Assembly: GCA_951406725.2 (NCBI GenBank)
Contig: OX597817.1
Location: 19,406,001 to 19,470,000 of the forward strand
Direction: 5' to 3'
DNA length: 64,000 bases
Source: Octopus vulgaris
Lineage: Eukaryota
In this document: piece by piece, positions 29,058 to 43,840 of the stretch
Position numbering within the stretch: the first letter of the stretch is position 1
Layout of the letters: each line of letters starts with the position of its first letter
The notes under the pieces: generated by a model
What the model was told of the DNA's origin: nothing
Database searches by the model: none
What the model saw: the letters and a program-made list of their open reading frames with translations, nothing else
Translations under genes and position numbers: made by a program

Positions 29058-30390
29058 TTATCTACCTATTTATCTATATGTGTGTCCGTGCGTGTTTGTG
29101 TGTATGCATATCTCGGAGGAAGGAAATGCACAGAAAGAGAGGGGATGTAAATTACGTATATGAGTAATATGAATTGTTCAGTGGACAAAAAATTAAGCAG
29201 TATGAAATCAATTTTGAAACAACTCACTGTGCATATTCGAACAATAAATCTGGCCTATATTAAAATTATCTTTAGCGTCTCATTGAAATTTTGCGTGTTT
29301 CCAAATCCCCTTGATTATTAAAAGTAAGGGACAAGTGCATTCACCAAAAAGGATTTTGACCAACGCAAAAATACATGCTTTATCAACGAACCCTAAAGTC
29401 ACTAAATACAGCTGATTATACAGTCTAACATTTAGTCATTTATTAGAAGGACATAAGATTCATTTGAAAGAGAATTCTACATTAAAGATTAATAACATTC
29501 TGTGCTTGTAATTCAGACAAATTAATATACAATTATATCATGTAAACATTGTCGTGAACACAACATTGGAGAGACAGGTGTGACAAGCATAATGATATAT
29601 TGCAAGTGAAACAGGTAACTCCATGAAGGGCAAATTCTGTTGAGTGAGCATAATGACAATTGTGAAGAACATGTCTTATCAAGTTATTCGGTCCATTCTA
29701 GCTGTGCAGCGACTCAACGACGAAACAGCTATGAAACAATCAAGGAACGCACTTCTTTTAAACATATACAAAATGAAAACTAAAATTTCGTCATCTTCAT
29801 TAGCTGGCACTGCTGCCTGTATTATCATATTCTTAAAACATAAAGCAGAAATTTTTGTGCTTGAAAAATAACCTTTTGTTTTTCCTTGTAAAATCAGGAG
29901 TCTGTTACGTCATGGTTTTATCTGCTATTCATGTTATGCGGATACCTTGTTTAAATAAATCACATTCGCCTATGTATTTAGAAATACTATTTTTCGAAAA
30001 AAACTTTAATATATAACCTTATCAACAAAATGTAAGCGACATGGAACAAGATTAAACAGCCCAAGACAATTGTCTTGGAAATGACATTTCTGAATAAAAT
30101 TATACTCTTGTGCGCCTCCCTCACATGAGATAGAAATTGTATTGTAGAAGTTTTAAAGATGATAACACAGTTAACCAGTTATGGAAATGTGATCTTTTTT
30201 GTCTTGGGGAAAATATTTAGTTAAAAAAAGTGCCAATGTTTATTCAGTGACAGTTTTTATGAAAACATTTACGCCGAATTCGATAAAATTGTTTTCCTAT
30301 ATGAAACACTTCGTGAAAATATGCACTAGTATTTTTACAATAAAACATCTTTTATTACAATGTATAATTTTTTATCTTCATTATCCCATC

Positions 30391-30432
<42 letters not shown>

Positions 30433-30438
30433 CACACA

Positions 30439-30536
<98 letters not shown>

Positions 30537-31055
30537 GATAACGGCATAAAATTGAATTTTCATATAAAAATATTTCATATCAATGTTTTATTGTAAAAAT
30601 ACAAGTGCATCCATTAATACTACCACGACACTGGACACACACACACACTACTACTCAACACACGCTGGCACGTTACATACGCCCCCACCCCTTCCCCTCC
30701 CTCCCTTCCTCCTTCCTTCGTTTTCTTACTACTGACCACTGTCTGTTGCCTACTACTGTTCGCCCTACCTCACACGCCTACACACAGACGCACACACTAA
30801 CACATACATATATTTTTTATTTTTTTATCTCGCCTCACACACACATACACACACGCACACGCACACACTCACACATACACACACATCTGTTGCGTTACCA
30901 ACCCTGTCTCCACTCTTTTGGCTTTAAAAACCTACTTTGCTCTTGTTATCGTAAACTTCCGCCTTTCACCATGTGTACTTCGTAAACACCAGTCGTTTTT
31001 TTCTCCATCTCTTGTTGCCCACTTCGGGATCTTTCTTTCCTCTCTCTTCCTTCTT

Positions 31056-31093
31056 TATGTTTCCGACGAAGAGCTCCGCTCGAAACGTCATAC
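31056..31093 (+). ncRNA. Degenerate minimal hammerhead motif in a Penelope-like tail (~30600-31190)
   Basis: gttt-CCGACGAA-gagc-tcc-gctc-GAAA-cg-TC-atac. Confidence 0.6.
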
Positions 31094-31476
31094 CTTCCTG
31101 CTTCCATATTTCCTGAGCGCCTATTAATAATAATACTGTAATTGTTCCACTGTTGTTGTTTTTTTGTTTTCCCGTTTGGATTAAAATTATATATATATAT
31201 ATATCATAAGTGTGTACGCGCGTGTGTATGTGTATACATACATATAAAAATATAATTTATTTTAACCTTATGTTCTTTAAAGGCTTCAGTCATTTGATTG
31301 TGACCATCCTGTAGGAGGGTTTTAGCTGAACAAATCAACATCAGGACTTGTATTTTTAAAGGCTTATACTGTAGAGTCCAGTGAAACTAATATAAACATA
31401 CCTATTTTACACATATTTAAGGGCTTTTTAAATTAAAATATAGTCTATTGTATTGAACGCTGATAAAGTGATATAA

Positions 31477-31573
31477 GAGCCTGATGATTGGGGTAACATT
31501 TTAAGAAGGGTTCCAGGAAAACACGGAGTGGTTTAGGAACCCGAGGATGTACCTCATGAAACACGTGTTGCCA
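31477..31573 (+). ncRNA. Hammerhead motif with extended stem II
   Basis: gc-CTGATGA-t-tggggt...gggttcc..ggaaccc...acctca-t-GAAA-cacgtg-TT-gc. Confidence 0.55.
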
Positions 31574-31907
31574 ATCAATAAAACAGTAGGTATTTAAAAT
31601 AAAAATTAAAACTATTCTTATATGGTAAGATGTAGGGGCCTACTCTCTCTAAATTAAAATATATTTCTTCATTGAGAATAATTTGAACCTCTGTTATGCC
31701 GGAATTTTTATTCCCTAAAAATAATATTTAAATAAATCAGAAATATTAAATTTCTAAATATCTCATAGAGATATGTACGGTGGTGGAGCGGTAGAGTGGT
31801 TTTATACTGTCAACCTAACGTGAGAGTCCTGTAAGGGAATTTCACCACCGCTGTTTAGCCCTAGGAAGCATCGACGCTTCCTGTCGGCCTTGACACATTT
31901 CCTGTGT

Positions 31908-32057
<150 letters not shown>

Positions 32058-32086
32058 CTCTCTCTCTCTGTCTCTGCCTCTCTCAA

Positions 32087-32136
<50 letters not shown>

Positions 32137-32180
32137 CATACATATACATGTATATTTATATCTATCTATCTATTTATTTA

Positions 32181-32238
<58 letters not shown>

Positions 32239-33222
32239 AACAATTATTTTCTTGCTTATACTACTGCATATCGCTCAGTCCCACACCTCTCGTTTCACGT
32301 CTATTTTGCACGGTATCAAAAATGAAATTACACTGTTGTTCGACAAACAATTACTGTTTATACTTAGCAACTTAAATATATATTGCACCTTGTAAAATTT
32401 TTGTTCCATTTCAGCAACTTTTACAAATTTCTATGTTCAATGTAAATGAAGTTGAAGTGTCTACTGGTTATATATCTACTATATAATCCCCAAATTATAC
32501 AGCAATATATCACAATCGTAATTCGACATTTTTGAACGTTATGAAATTGCTTAACATGTTTTATTGTCTATTCAAATAATAATCGGTTATAGTCGATTTA
32601 ATAGTCATAGGTTTTAGAAAACGTATAGGTTCAATTGTGAAAAGAACGTCAACAATATAGTGCTGAAATATTTCTTCTGCCTTGAAACGTAATATACGAT
32701 AGGAAACAATGGAAGTTAGCAAGCAAAATGAAGTAGTTTTACATGTATAATGCGTGAAAACTATTATATTCTGATCACTGGAAAACTAAAAGTGATAACC
32801 GAGCTGGTATAACACAGCAGTAAAAGCCAAGTGCGTCGGTAACAACCATAATGATAAATGGAAAATATATACCGCAGAAACCGCGTGTATTAGCATAAAA
32901 TGAGAATAACTTCATCATGTTGTAACAATTATTTTCTTTGCTAAAATTCTGTAAATAGTTCTAACCATGGCACTCCCTATTTCAGATGAGGTTCAATTGA
33001 CTATTGAAATTTAAATTTCTTTACGTAATGCATTAAAATGAACGAATGAGTAGAATTGGGCTAATTGATTTTACTTCCTTTGTTTTCAAAATATATTTTG
33101 TGTGTATCTATATATATATATATATATATGTAGGGAGAAGTCACAAAACAAAAACACATAAAACGGAGATAGGTGGTGTAGAAAACAAACATACAGTAGT
33201 ATAACGCTCGGGAAGTGAAAAT

Positions 33223-33262
33223 GTCTTTAACGTTTCGAGCCTACGCTCTTCCACAGAAAGAC
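33223..33262 (-). ncRNA. Degenerate minimal hammerhead motif
   Basis: Minus strand gtcttt-CTGTGGAA-gagc-gtag-gctc-GAAA-cg-TT-aaagac, with perfect stems I and II. Confidence 0.6.
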
Positions 33263-33314
33263 ATAAGGAAAGAAAATAAAGAATGTGTAGTGGCTAACGA
33301 TCTATCATGGCAAA

Positions 33315-33364
<50 letters not shown>

Positions 33365-33366
<2 letters not shown>

Positions 33367-34386
33367 TAGGTTGTTCCGAACATAATGGCACATTTTAAAA
33401 CTAAGCCGACATTATTGAAAAATTGCACTTATAACAAGTTTTAATAATTCATAATATGATCCCTAAAGAGCTATGCATTTCTGCCATCGATTAACAATTT
33501 CACATATGCCTCTTCAATAAAACTCTAAAGATTTTGTTTCCATTTAATACATGAATTCAGTTTCGACCTCACTTTTGGAACGGGGGGTTTTTTGCCTTAA
33601 AAAAGTGTCTTGATGCTTGAAAATGTGAGAGTCAGTTGGCGAAATTTCATGAAAATGTGTAGGATGTGGTAGCCTCGTATCCCAAGTCTGTGTTTCATCA
33701 AGATCAAGTTATTGACCCGATCTTCTACTTTTCTCATAACGGATCCACTTTTCGTCACAAGTAACTATTCGATCAAGAAATGAGTCATCAAAATTTCGCA
33801 TAGTGAACATCGAACACACTTCTAAATGCCGAAGTCATTGATTTTCATTCAGGTCATGCAAGACCCATTTATCGAGATTTTTCACTTTGCCCATTTCCTT
33901 CAGGTGATCTGATACTGCTGAAACACTGACACCAAACATGAAACATTTGTCTAACACTTTGTTGTGAGTTGTGTTCGACTATGGTTTTCAAAAGCAGATG
34001 ATCAAGAGTTGATGGACGTCTACCTTCTTAAATTTTAAGGCTTTCATCCTCACTATGGAATCTCTCAAACCTCTGTCATACTGTCCGATCGCCCTTAGAT
34101 CCTTCACCAAGTTGATATTCTCTGATGTTTGCGAAGAATTACGTCCAAGCTTGAATTCATGCTAAAAGTAAACACAATATATTTTTTTCTTTTTTCATGT
34201 TTGAAATTAAGGATTTCTCTACTTCAAAGTTATATTAGGAAAGAAATCAATAAAACATTATTAAAGAGTACACACCAATTATTAAGCATGTAAAACGTCA
34301 TCAAAAACACTACAAAAATAACATCGTAAATTGAATTTGAAAAAATCTTTTCAAAAACACCGATCAGTGTTTTCCGAACAACCTAA
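33365..34386 (-). mobile_element. Decayed mariner transposon
   Basis: TIRs ttaggttgttc.gaa at both ends. Remnants FLDRIVTCDEKWIRY and DKWVLHDLNENQ. Confidence 0.85.
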
Positions 34387-34632
34387 CGTATATGTATAGA
34401 AGTCTGTTGAATTCTATGAATTTCTCGGTGATTTATTGAAGAGCAAATATCTGTTTTATAGGTCATTTGCTGGGTTTGTAAGCAGCTTGAGTAGAGTAGA
34501 CATATGAGTTTTGATTCGCCTCCTGCTTTCAGGTACTTAGAATAGATTTTTTTCAGGACCAGGGCCGTCATCCTGTTCCATAACACTTATGGCAACTTCA
34601 GATTTGTTTGTATATATGTATATATGTATATA

Positions 34633-34663
<31 letters not shown>

Positions 34664-34680
34664 ATATATACATATATATA

Positions 34681-34726
<46 letters not shown>

Positions 34727-34779
34727 CATACATATATATATATACATACATTCATATATATACATATGCTTGCATTTAC

Positions 34780-35813
34780 TGAGAACATCTTGCTCTATAA
34801 AAGTCTTATATTTAGTATTAAGTGAATGTTTTGTGTTACCAGCAGATGTAGGGTTTACTGTAGATTAATTTTAAGTAGTGAACTATTAATTAATTTCAAA
34901 TTAAATCACCTCATAAGATTATGTTGGCAAATACATAAAACGTATGTTGTTATTGTTCGTGTGCTCAAAGACGGAGCGTATAAATACAGGATCATAGAGT
35001 ATGCCATCCTTTTTTTTGCGTTTCTGTTCTCATGTTAGGCTATTTTCCTTTTTGTTTAAAAAAAAAAAAACGTTCTGAGCCGACTGATAAATCTGCCTTG
35101 CACCTCTATACGAACGTGAATGTAAATCAGAGCTCACTGCATGTAGTAGTTGAGATCTATGAAATAGCCCCAAACACCACGTTATTGCTTTTAATTATAT
35201 CCAAGTTGACGGATGAAATTATTATTGATGAGGAAGCTGCTGTTAATGACAGAAGAGAAGCTAATCAGAGAAATAATTAATCTCGTTGTCTTAAAACGAA
35301 GTTATTAATAATTTGTAGTTAAATGAAAATTTGAACTTTGTTAAAAGTTAATGATAACTAGCTTTCAGAGATAATATGAAAAGTGTGTGCGAGAGTAGGA
35401 AATGCAGAAATCTATCATTCCATTAAATGTGAGCATAAGGCGTACATTCTTACACATCGTATTAGATTATTTTCCTGTAGTATGTTAGTATAATGAATGA
35501 ATTTCTGTGAAGAATTTTCAGGCAAGTTGCGGCATAATTGTATATGTGCTCCTGCATAGAGTTAAATATCGAATATTGCGTGTATAATATTATATATGAA
35601 AGAAAAATAGAAGTTGAAAATGCAATGAGAATAGTTAAAACATTTTTTTATTTAATAGATTTGAAGCTTTAACCAGTTTCACAGTTTACAGTGATTTTAA
35701 AAAAGTGAAACTGGATAAAGCTTCAAATATGTTATTAACAATTATTTTAACTATTCTCAGTGATTTTTCAAATTTTATTTTTACAATATTTCTACTCGTG
35801 TGAAATAAAGAAA

Positions 35814-35899
<86 letters not shown>

Positions 35900-37720
35900 C
35901 AATCATTACTTTTCCGTCACTTTCGAGGAACAATTTTAAACATAAAGTTAAACGTCGCCGTTCTTGGATCAGTCGAGGAGGACGGCCAGTTCAACAACGG
36001 TTCGCAGGACTTCATCCAAAGAAGATCATGTTGAGTGTATGGTGAGATATTAAAGGAGTAATCCATTATGAACTGTTGGACAACAACCAAACAATTAATG
36101 CAAATCTTTACTGTGAGTAACTTCATCGTTTGAAAACAGTTCTGAGCCAAAAGCGAGCATTCTTGCTTAACAGAAAGGGTGCCATCTTTCATCACGATAA
36201 TGCTTGTTCTCACACAGCTCGACTGACAAAAACTCCCTTGCAAGAACTTGGTTGGGAAATACTGCCTCATCCTCCATATTCTCCTGACTTTGCTCATTCT
36301 GACTACCATTTGTTCCGAGGATTACAGAACCATTTTGATGGGCGTTGGTTAACAACAAGAGAGGATATTGAAAATGAGTTCGATTCATATATTGGTTCTA
36401 AACCTACAGAATTTTACAAATGAGGCATTTTTAAGATTGTTAACAGATGGAATGATGTCATTGAAAGCAATAGAGAGTATGTTAATGAATAAATATTTCT
36501 ATAGTCATTGGCTCATTCCTTTTTACGTTAGATCTTTAAAGCTCATGTTACTTTTGCCCCAAACTGATATGTTTTTAGGATGTAGAGAAAACTATCTTGG
36601 TTTCATAGGAGATTAATGCTATTGTTAAGATTATAGTTAGAGGCAAATGTCCAATAGTAAGGAAACGGTCGCATTTCGTGCCAGTTGAAATTTTACTTGA
36701 GAGTAATCAAGATTGTATGTATATAAATTTCTTTGATGCTATTCTAGGCCTTGCATATGTTTTATAGAATGCCGTTTCGATTTCTCACACAGCATTGTTC
36801 ACGGACTGGTTGTTGCTAGGTACATTTACATTGGTATGAACAAAAATACAACCACGTAGTTGTATTCATTTACTCTTCCATAAAGATGCATGCAAGCATC
36901 CCTGAATGCATCAAATATATATATATATAGACTGTTGTAAACAGCTGAGAGTTTATAAAAGACACGTTCTTTGTCTAACATTAATATAAAATTAGCACAT
37001 AGAATTCTTTCATTAAACATACATCCTCTATCCACGGTCGACTGTAGTAATTACCTGTACACACTACTTAAGTTTGTCTGTTTTGTTTCCATCACCCATT
37101 GACATTTCATTGGGGCAATGACAAATTTGCCAAGCATTGGAAATACTAGAACATTTCATAGGCCGTGGCATGAAATATCAATATCACGTCACTAGGTATT
37201 ACGTTTTTCTTTCTTTTTGTTTATATTTACTGTGGCTGAAAGAAGGGTCATTAGCCACAGTCTTTGCAGATCCTCCAAAACTGATAATATGTAACATATT
37301 AACTTGTCACTTAAATGACGCAAGCTGAAACCTGAAATCAAGAAGTACTAACTACGCGCTGTAGAGAAAAGGACTGGAATTAGTTGTTTATGCGAGGCCT
37401 GGGAGAGACGCAATATATATATACGATTTGAAATGTGTGCGTGTGTGGTGGGGTACTAGTCGGTTAAGAGTGCTTGAGTGGAGCGTAAAATTACCAGCAA
37501 GATACGAGGAGGAGGAGGAAGATATTATTGTTACTGCTGGAACGCAGACAACAGGTCTCAAAGCTAGAGGCTGTAAAATGTCTGCAAACCATTCTTTTCA
37601 TTAAATTCAGCATTCTTTCGACGCGTGTTATTGTACTGAAGTATAGCAAAAGACCCGGTTCCGATGTGAGAGCGTCTCTCCTGTGTGCGCCTCACTTAAG
37701 TTTTGTAGAATTTCATTAAG
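34780..37720 (-). pseudogene. Decayed GPCR relic interrupted by a mariner fragment
   Basis: RSSSNNNIFLLLLVS (ICL1/TM2), LQRLWLMTLLSA (TM3), YVVVFLFIPM (TM5), TTRLIISLISF (TM6-like), LKLINSS (TM7-like). Confidence 0.4.
35900..36495 (+). mobile_element. Mariner (DD34D) transposase 3' fragment
   Basis: LHPKKIMLSVW, FHHDNACSH and LPHPPYSPDFAHSDYHLF. Confidence 0.92.
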
Positions 37721-37936
37721 TTTTCAGGATGAAGCATATTATCGAGTAAAAGGGAAAAGCCATTTTTTTTCTTTGTTACAGCCTTAGGATATTCTTTACT
37801 GTGTACTTTACTGTACATATATAATTCAATACTGCATCAATTTACAGATATAATGGTAATCAGAGATTTCATTGTGTTTATATCCTTGAGAAAATTAGAT
37901 AATGTCAAATTGGAACAGGGTTCGTTCGTTCTGGCC

Positions 37937-37978
<42 letters not shown>

Positions 37979-37980
<2 letters not shown>

Positions 37981-38132
37981 CGCAGGTATGGCTGTGTGGT
38001 AAGAAGCTTGCTTCCCAACCACACGGTCCCAGGTTCAGTCCCAATGTATGGTAACTGTCTGCTGCTCTATTCTCGAGTCGACCTAAGCCTTGGGAGTGGA
38101 TTTGGTAGACGGAAACTGAAAGAAGCCCGTCG

Positions 38133-38169
<37 letters not shown>

Positions 38170-38379
38170 GTGTATGTATGTACATGTGCTTATTTTTGTG
38201 TGTGTTTGTCCCCTTCAACCTTCACTTGACAATCTATGTTGGTGTGTTTACGTCCCATAACTTAGTGATTCGGTGCAAGTGACCGATAGAATAAGAATAT
38301 GTCCTGGGGGTCGATTTGTCCGACCAAAGGTGGTGCTCCAGCATAGCCGCAGTCAAATGACTGAAATAAGTAAAAGAAT
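37979..38379 (+). mobile_element. SINE family B, full length
   Basis: Homologous to 18350-18775. Confidence 0.9.
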
Positions 38380-38453
<74 letters not shown>

Positions 38454-38631
38454 CATGCTTTGAAATGTTTAGATTGCAATTGATCGAACTATATAGTTTA
38501 GAAGTATGTGCAAACTATATTTCCCTAAACTCTTCTGCTTTCGCATTATCATCATCCTAATTTCTGAATTAGGATGAAGTCTAAGACAATTTCAGCCGCA
38601 GTTCAAAACCTAAATACTAATATTTAGCCAG

Positions 38632-38905
38632 TGGTGTCACATGGCCTAGTGGTTAGAGCAGCGGACTCGCAGTCGAGGGTGCGCAGGTTCGAATTTCAGA
38701 CCGGGCGATGTGTGTGTTTATGAGCGAAACACCTAAACTACACGCAGCTCTGGCAGAAGGTAATGGCGAACTTCTGCTGACTCCTTCGCCACAACTTTCT
38801 CTCACCCTTTCCTCGTGCATCTTGCAGCTCACCTGCGACGGACCTATATGCCAAGGAAACCGGGAAAACGGCCCTTATGAGCCAGGCATTGGTCGAGAAG
38901 AAACA
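38632..38905 (+). mobile_element. tRNA-derived SINE, family C
   Basis: A box tggcctagtgg and B box ggttcgaattt. Homologous to 44703-45093. Confidence 0.85.
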
Positions 38906-40214
38906 AATAATATATAGCCAAGATAAATAGGGACAATATATACAATCTCCTGGCTTGCTAGAAATAAAAACAAAATATGTTTCGAATCACATTCTGCCGC
39001 CTTAGAAAATATGACCCGTTGCTTAGATGTGCCTCGGTGCATTTCCCCCGGGAAAATGACAGTTTGTCTTATCTGGATTGTCGGGAATGGCCTGTCGTTA
39101 ATCCTCAGCAACAACAATAACATTAGACACAGTAACCGCTGGATAAATCCTGAACATATTAAACAAATGGCTGTCTTACATAACTTATCTTTCCTCCATT
39201 TTCATACACACATTTATTCATACACTACACAGCGGTTACACGAACATACATCTATTCTCACACCAAACAATAGTTATACATACACACTAGAGCGGATGCA
39301 ATATTGGTAAATTTTATTTTTAAGGAAATGTATAAATGTATTTGAAAACATTTTAAATAAATCATGAAGAAAACATTAATTGAAATGTCAAGCACAGCTT
39401 CAGTATACAGAAAACATGATTATTGTTGAAATTTTATTTTGACGTGCTTTTACATCATTGCCCTTTAACTTTATTGTAGCTTATAATGTCAAACCGTTCT
39501 AAACTGACAGATGGGTTTTAAAGCTTTTTCACAAAATTTATGAAAGCATTATTTTTAGTTCATGGAATTTCAAGAGGGCAACCAAAATCTAGCAAACTCA
39601 ATTTATTTATATATTTACGGGATCAAAATCCACTTTCCGTGCGTGCGTGTATATGAAAATGAGAGTATGTGTATGTGAACATGTTATCTTACACTAACAC
39701 ACGACACATGTGTTTAGACACAAATATTCAAACGCACAAATACTTAGACACATTAAGACATACATATTCACATGAATACATATGCATACATGCAGGCACA
39801 CATACATATGTGTATGTATGAAAGTTTGTGTTTACGAATCTGACAATACTCAATAAGGCGTGTAGCGTTTCACAAGTGTTATACATGAAGCTCAAATTAC
39901 CAGAATGATTTGTGTTGTTTTTAGTTCCTATTTCATTACATTTTCGGGGCCAGTAATATTAGAAACCCCACAGAGCCCCATCTGAACGCATGCTAATGAA
40001 AAATATTTAGACACTACTTGAAAAATTTACCTTGTTAAAACAAACTATTTCCTGCGGCAACGCTTCCACATGCACATGATCACCGATAGCGACCTTCTAG
40101 CACATTACTCTGTTAGAAACATAACCATTCCATCAACACTCAGCTGATGTACGGTGTTTTGAACACTCACAGAGATGCACGTCGCACGAAATACAACACA
40201 GTATTTCCATAATT

Positions 40215-40342
40215 TCCATTTGACGGATATTTGTCCTCATCCTGTCTCTAGTTAACACAACGTTTCGGCTGATATACCCTCCAAATGTAAATAATGAAAA
40301 TATATTGTAAATAATTCCTCATCTCTTAAGTATAAAACTGTA
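40215..40342. mobile_element. Rearranged fragment of the tRNA-head/hammerhead family
   Basis: Inverted cagccgaaacgttgtgttaac segment plus the forward tail ttcctcatctcttaagtata, matching 50561-50670 and 52397-52512. Confidence 0.75.
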
Positions 40343-40603
40343 TTAACACAGTATTTGTTGTCGGTAATGATATTTTCTTCTTCAGCATTCAAACAAGTAT
40401 TGCTTTTATTTCCTTCATCTCTTAGTCATATATCTACTGCAAACTCCTCTACATAAATAGCACACATATTACGCGCATTCACCGCAGTTTGGTAGATGAG
40501 TGATTCATATGATTATAAATACATACATATATATATATATAATCAAAATAAGCAACAGGATATCAAGTAGTGATGCAGTAAGATCGTTTCAAGGGGCTCC
40601 ATA

Positions 40604-40714
<111 letters not shown>

Positions 40715-41409
40715 TTATTTATTTATTTATTTATTCGGAAATCTAAGTATCCAAGGTGTATACCGCAGGCTACTCTTCAGGCCTAGAGAATCTTGATTGA
40801 ATGAATGTTTACACCGTCGGAAGTAGTTACTAGTTAATACATGGAAGAATCGATCAGAATGCGCAGAGGGTACAGTAAGAGTGGAGAATATAAATGTGGA
40901 GGGAATTTAGGAATGAAAAAAAAAAGAAAAGAAAGGGAATGAAACATAATGGAGTGAGAAGAATAAAGAATGCAAGCAAAGTCATTTGACCGGTATTATT
41001 CAATAGGGCTATTTGGGCCGAATCACAAAAGTTAGCTAGGTGAGTGGTATTTGAAAAAAAGAAAATAATGTGGAGTGAAGAGCGTGAGGAAATATTTGTG
41101 GTCAAGGGGGAGAAAATAGTATGCATGAAATAGTATTAGAAATGGAAATCAAGAGAGAATGGGGAAGATTGTAGCGACTACTTCTCACTATCAAATAAGG
41201 CATGTATATTGTCGTGTGCGGCAAGCGTGTTTACAGTGTGGACTAGTAGAGGTGTATGTGGGCGTATGTACTTGTAAGTTCATAAAGGGGATTGGGGAGG
41301 CAGGTGAAAGAAGAGAAAAATGGTTATAAATGGTAAGGAAAGTGAGAAGTATATAAATGACAATAATGAATTAAAGGGAAAATAATAGGAATATATCGGT
41401 GACTTAATA

Positions 41410-41412
41410 TAT

Positions 41413-41480
<68 letters not shown>

Positions 41481-42410
41481 AATTATTGCATACAGTGCTC
41501 AGGTGCACCACAACTTGTCAGAAAGTGCGTATAAAGTATATGCAGTAATGTACAAATGTCTGGAAAGCGAACAATGTATGAGTCAGATACATGCTTGCGT
41601 GTGTATGGAGGGGAGAAAATCAGGTGTAGTGTTGGCGAATCTCAGAAAGCATGGAAGTTTTGAAGGATGCAGTGCTCCGACAACTAACAACTGATGCCGG
41701 CAGTTTGTTCCATGCTTCAGCAACTCTCAGCGTGAAAAAATGTTTCCTAAAGTCATGGGAGCTGTGCTGTTTTCTGACTTTGTAAATATGTCCACGAGTG
41801 TAAGACGGGTGGAGTTTGAAAAGGTGCTCAGAGTTATTGTTTGTAACGATGGTTGATAATTTTATGGGTGTCTGCCAAGTCAGCTGCCAGACGTCGGAGT
41901 TTCAATGTGTCCATACCCAGGGAAGTAAGGCGTTCAGAATATGGCAAATGCCTGATGGAGGGTACTCTTTTGGTTGCACGTCGCTGAACGGCTTCCAGAC
42001 GATTGATATCCTGGGCAAGATAGGGTTCCAGACCGGTGATGCAAATTCCAGGTGTGGTCTTACCATAGCTATATAAAGCCGCAGATAGAAAGCCGGAGAG
42101 CGGCTCACAAAGGACTTGGTGAGTGATGCCAAGACACCCTCAGACTTCTTGGTAATTTTAGCGATGTGTTTTGTCCAACGCAAATCGCTGTCGACAATAA
42201 CACCCAGGTCACGGTCACACGAAGACTTTTTGAGATTAGTGTTGTGGAGGGAGTAGGTGGACGCTGCGTTTCTCCTCCCAAAATGCATGGTGGTACATTT
42301 GTCCACAGCCAGCTTGAGTTGCCAGTCCATGATCCACTGGTGCATTGTGTCCAGGTCTGCTTGCAATAGAGATCTATAGTATACAGGATCTGACCTCTTT
42401 ATTTCGAGGT
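41410..42410 (-). mobile_element. 5'-truncated CR1-like LINE with (ATT)n tail
   Basis: LQADLDTMHQWIMDWQLKLAVDKC, DRDLGVIVDSDLRW, LYIAMVRPHLEFASPVWNP, FFTLRVAEAWNKLP. Confidence 0.92.
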
Positions 42411-42479
42411 ACTAGTGTTAGTGACGGTAAATAAGGGAGAAACTATTAAGGAGGCCTGGAAAGAACATGCGGGAGAGTT

Positions 42480-42960
42480 TATTTGTATTTAGAGGATATA
42501 TTTATTGATCGACGTTTGCAGGTAAAACGTATTCTCCTGGGTTCATTAAAACAATCCGTGGATTGCGAAAGACCTAAGACGTCGCTATGCAGAGATCGCA
42601 GTAGTTGCTATAGCCGCTTTATGGTTTGGCGTGGGTGACTATGGACCACTTGAATGTGTAGAGTTGGATCATTCTTTACTTTATGGATAAGCAGTAATAA
42701 ATATTTACTGTTGATTTTGGTCGGGATTTGAAACTGGAGCAGTGATTGCACATTCTAGCTGAGCGAACCGATATACATGTACTTACAGATGGCATCTGAT
42801 ACTGTGCATACGTAAACGATGTTTTTTTTTTTTGTGAAACGGCTATTATAGAAAGGACTGAAGGTTGGGGTGTCTGCAGCTGCATAATTTTGTAGCGGCT
42901 GTTCTGGATGAATTTGTGAGGGATTTGTTATTTAGCGAGGAACCGATGCTAGGTCCGTTA
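42480..42960 (-). mobile_element. Penelope-like GIY-YIG endonuclease fragment
   Basis: RMCNHCSSFKSRPKST...FKWSIVTHAKP*SGYSNYCDLC, paralleling the ORF at 53287-53700. Confidence 0.65.
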
Positions 42961-43122
42961 TAAATGGTGGCCTTAAGATTAGTCTTCGTTAGGGAGTTCA
43001 ACGTGGCGTTATGGAGTTTATAATATGATAGTTATCATGTCCAGTAGCATCCTGTGTATCGTTCTTGATTTTTACATAAGTTATACATGGGCGTAGTGGC
43101 AAATATAAGGATCGGGGGCTAG

Positions 43123-43219
<97 letters not shown>

Positions 43220-43626
43220 TACATATATACATACATAGATACATACATACATATATACATACATATATATCGAAAGAATTATGTTACTCTGGAGACCGTA
43301 TTTAGATTCGATCTGGGTGTATAAACACATGTGATTGAAGCGCAAGTGAAACTTTAAGTCGGGCAGTTGCAATGGCATTCATAACAATATACTGGAACAT
43401 GCAGTAATCTGTATTTGTTTCAAGAAAACGAAGTCATTTGTAAACGTCGGCAATTATCATCATCATAGTCCTGTTATCTTTTAATCATACTAAATTCTGC
43501 CTTATATATGCATCGCAAAAACGAACGTTCAAGTAATTTATACCATCAATCTACCTAAACATCCTACCATTCATCTGTCCATACAGAAGCACGTACATTC
43601 ATTCGTAGATGCATATGTGCAATTAA

Positions 43627-43684
<58 letters not shown>

Positions 43685-43695
43685 ACACACACACA

Positions 43696-43773
<78 letters not shown>

Positions 43774-43840
43774 TACGCACACATACACACACACACTCAC
43801 ACACACATATATATATGATAATTTTATCTATAGAAGTATA

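Noticed and set aside
36130-36423. SETMAR-like host gene
   Set aside because: Mariner fragment with stops and no SET domain.
38632-38710. tRNA-like sequences (also near 45020-45093, 50916-50965, 56170-56241)
   Set aside because: They lack a proper acceptor stem and continue into repeat bodies, so they are element heads rather than tRNA genes.
40760-40800. Minus-strand CTGAAGA as a hammerhead (also weak candidates near 57480 and 59110)
   Set aside because: GAAA box and stems are not recoverable.
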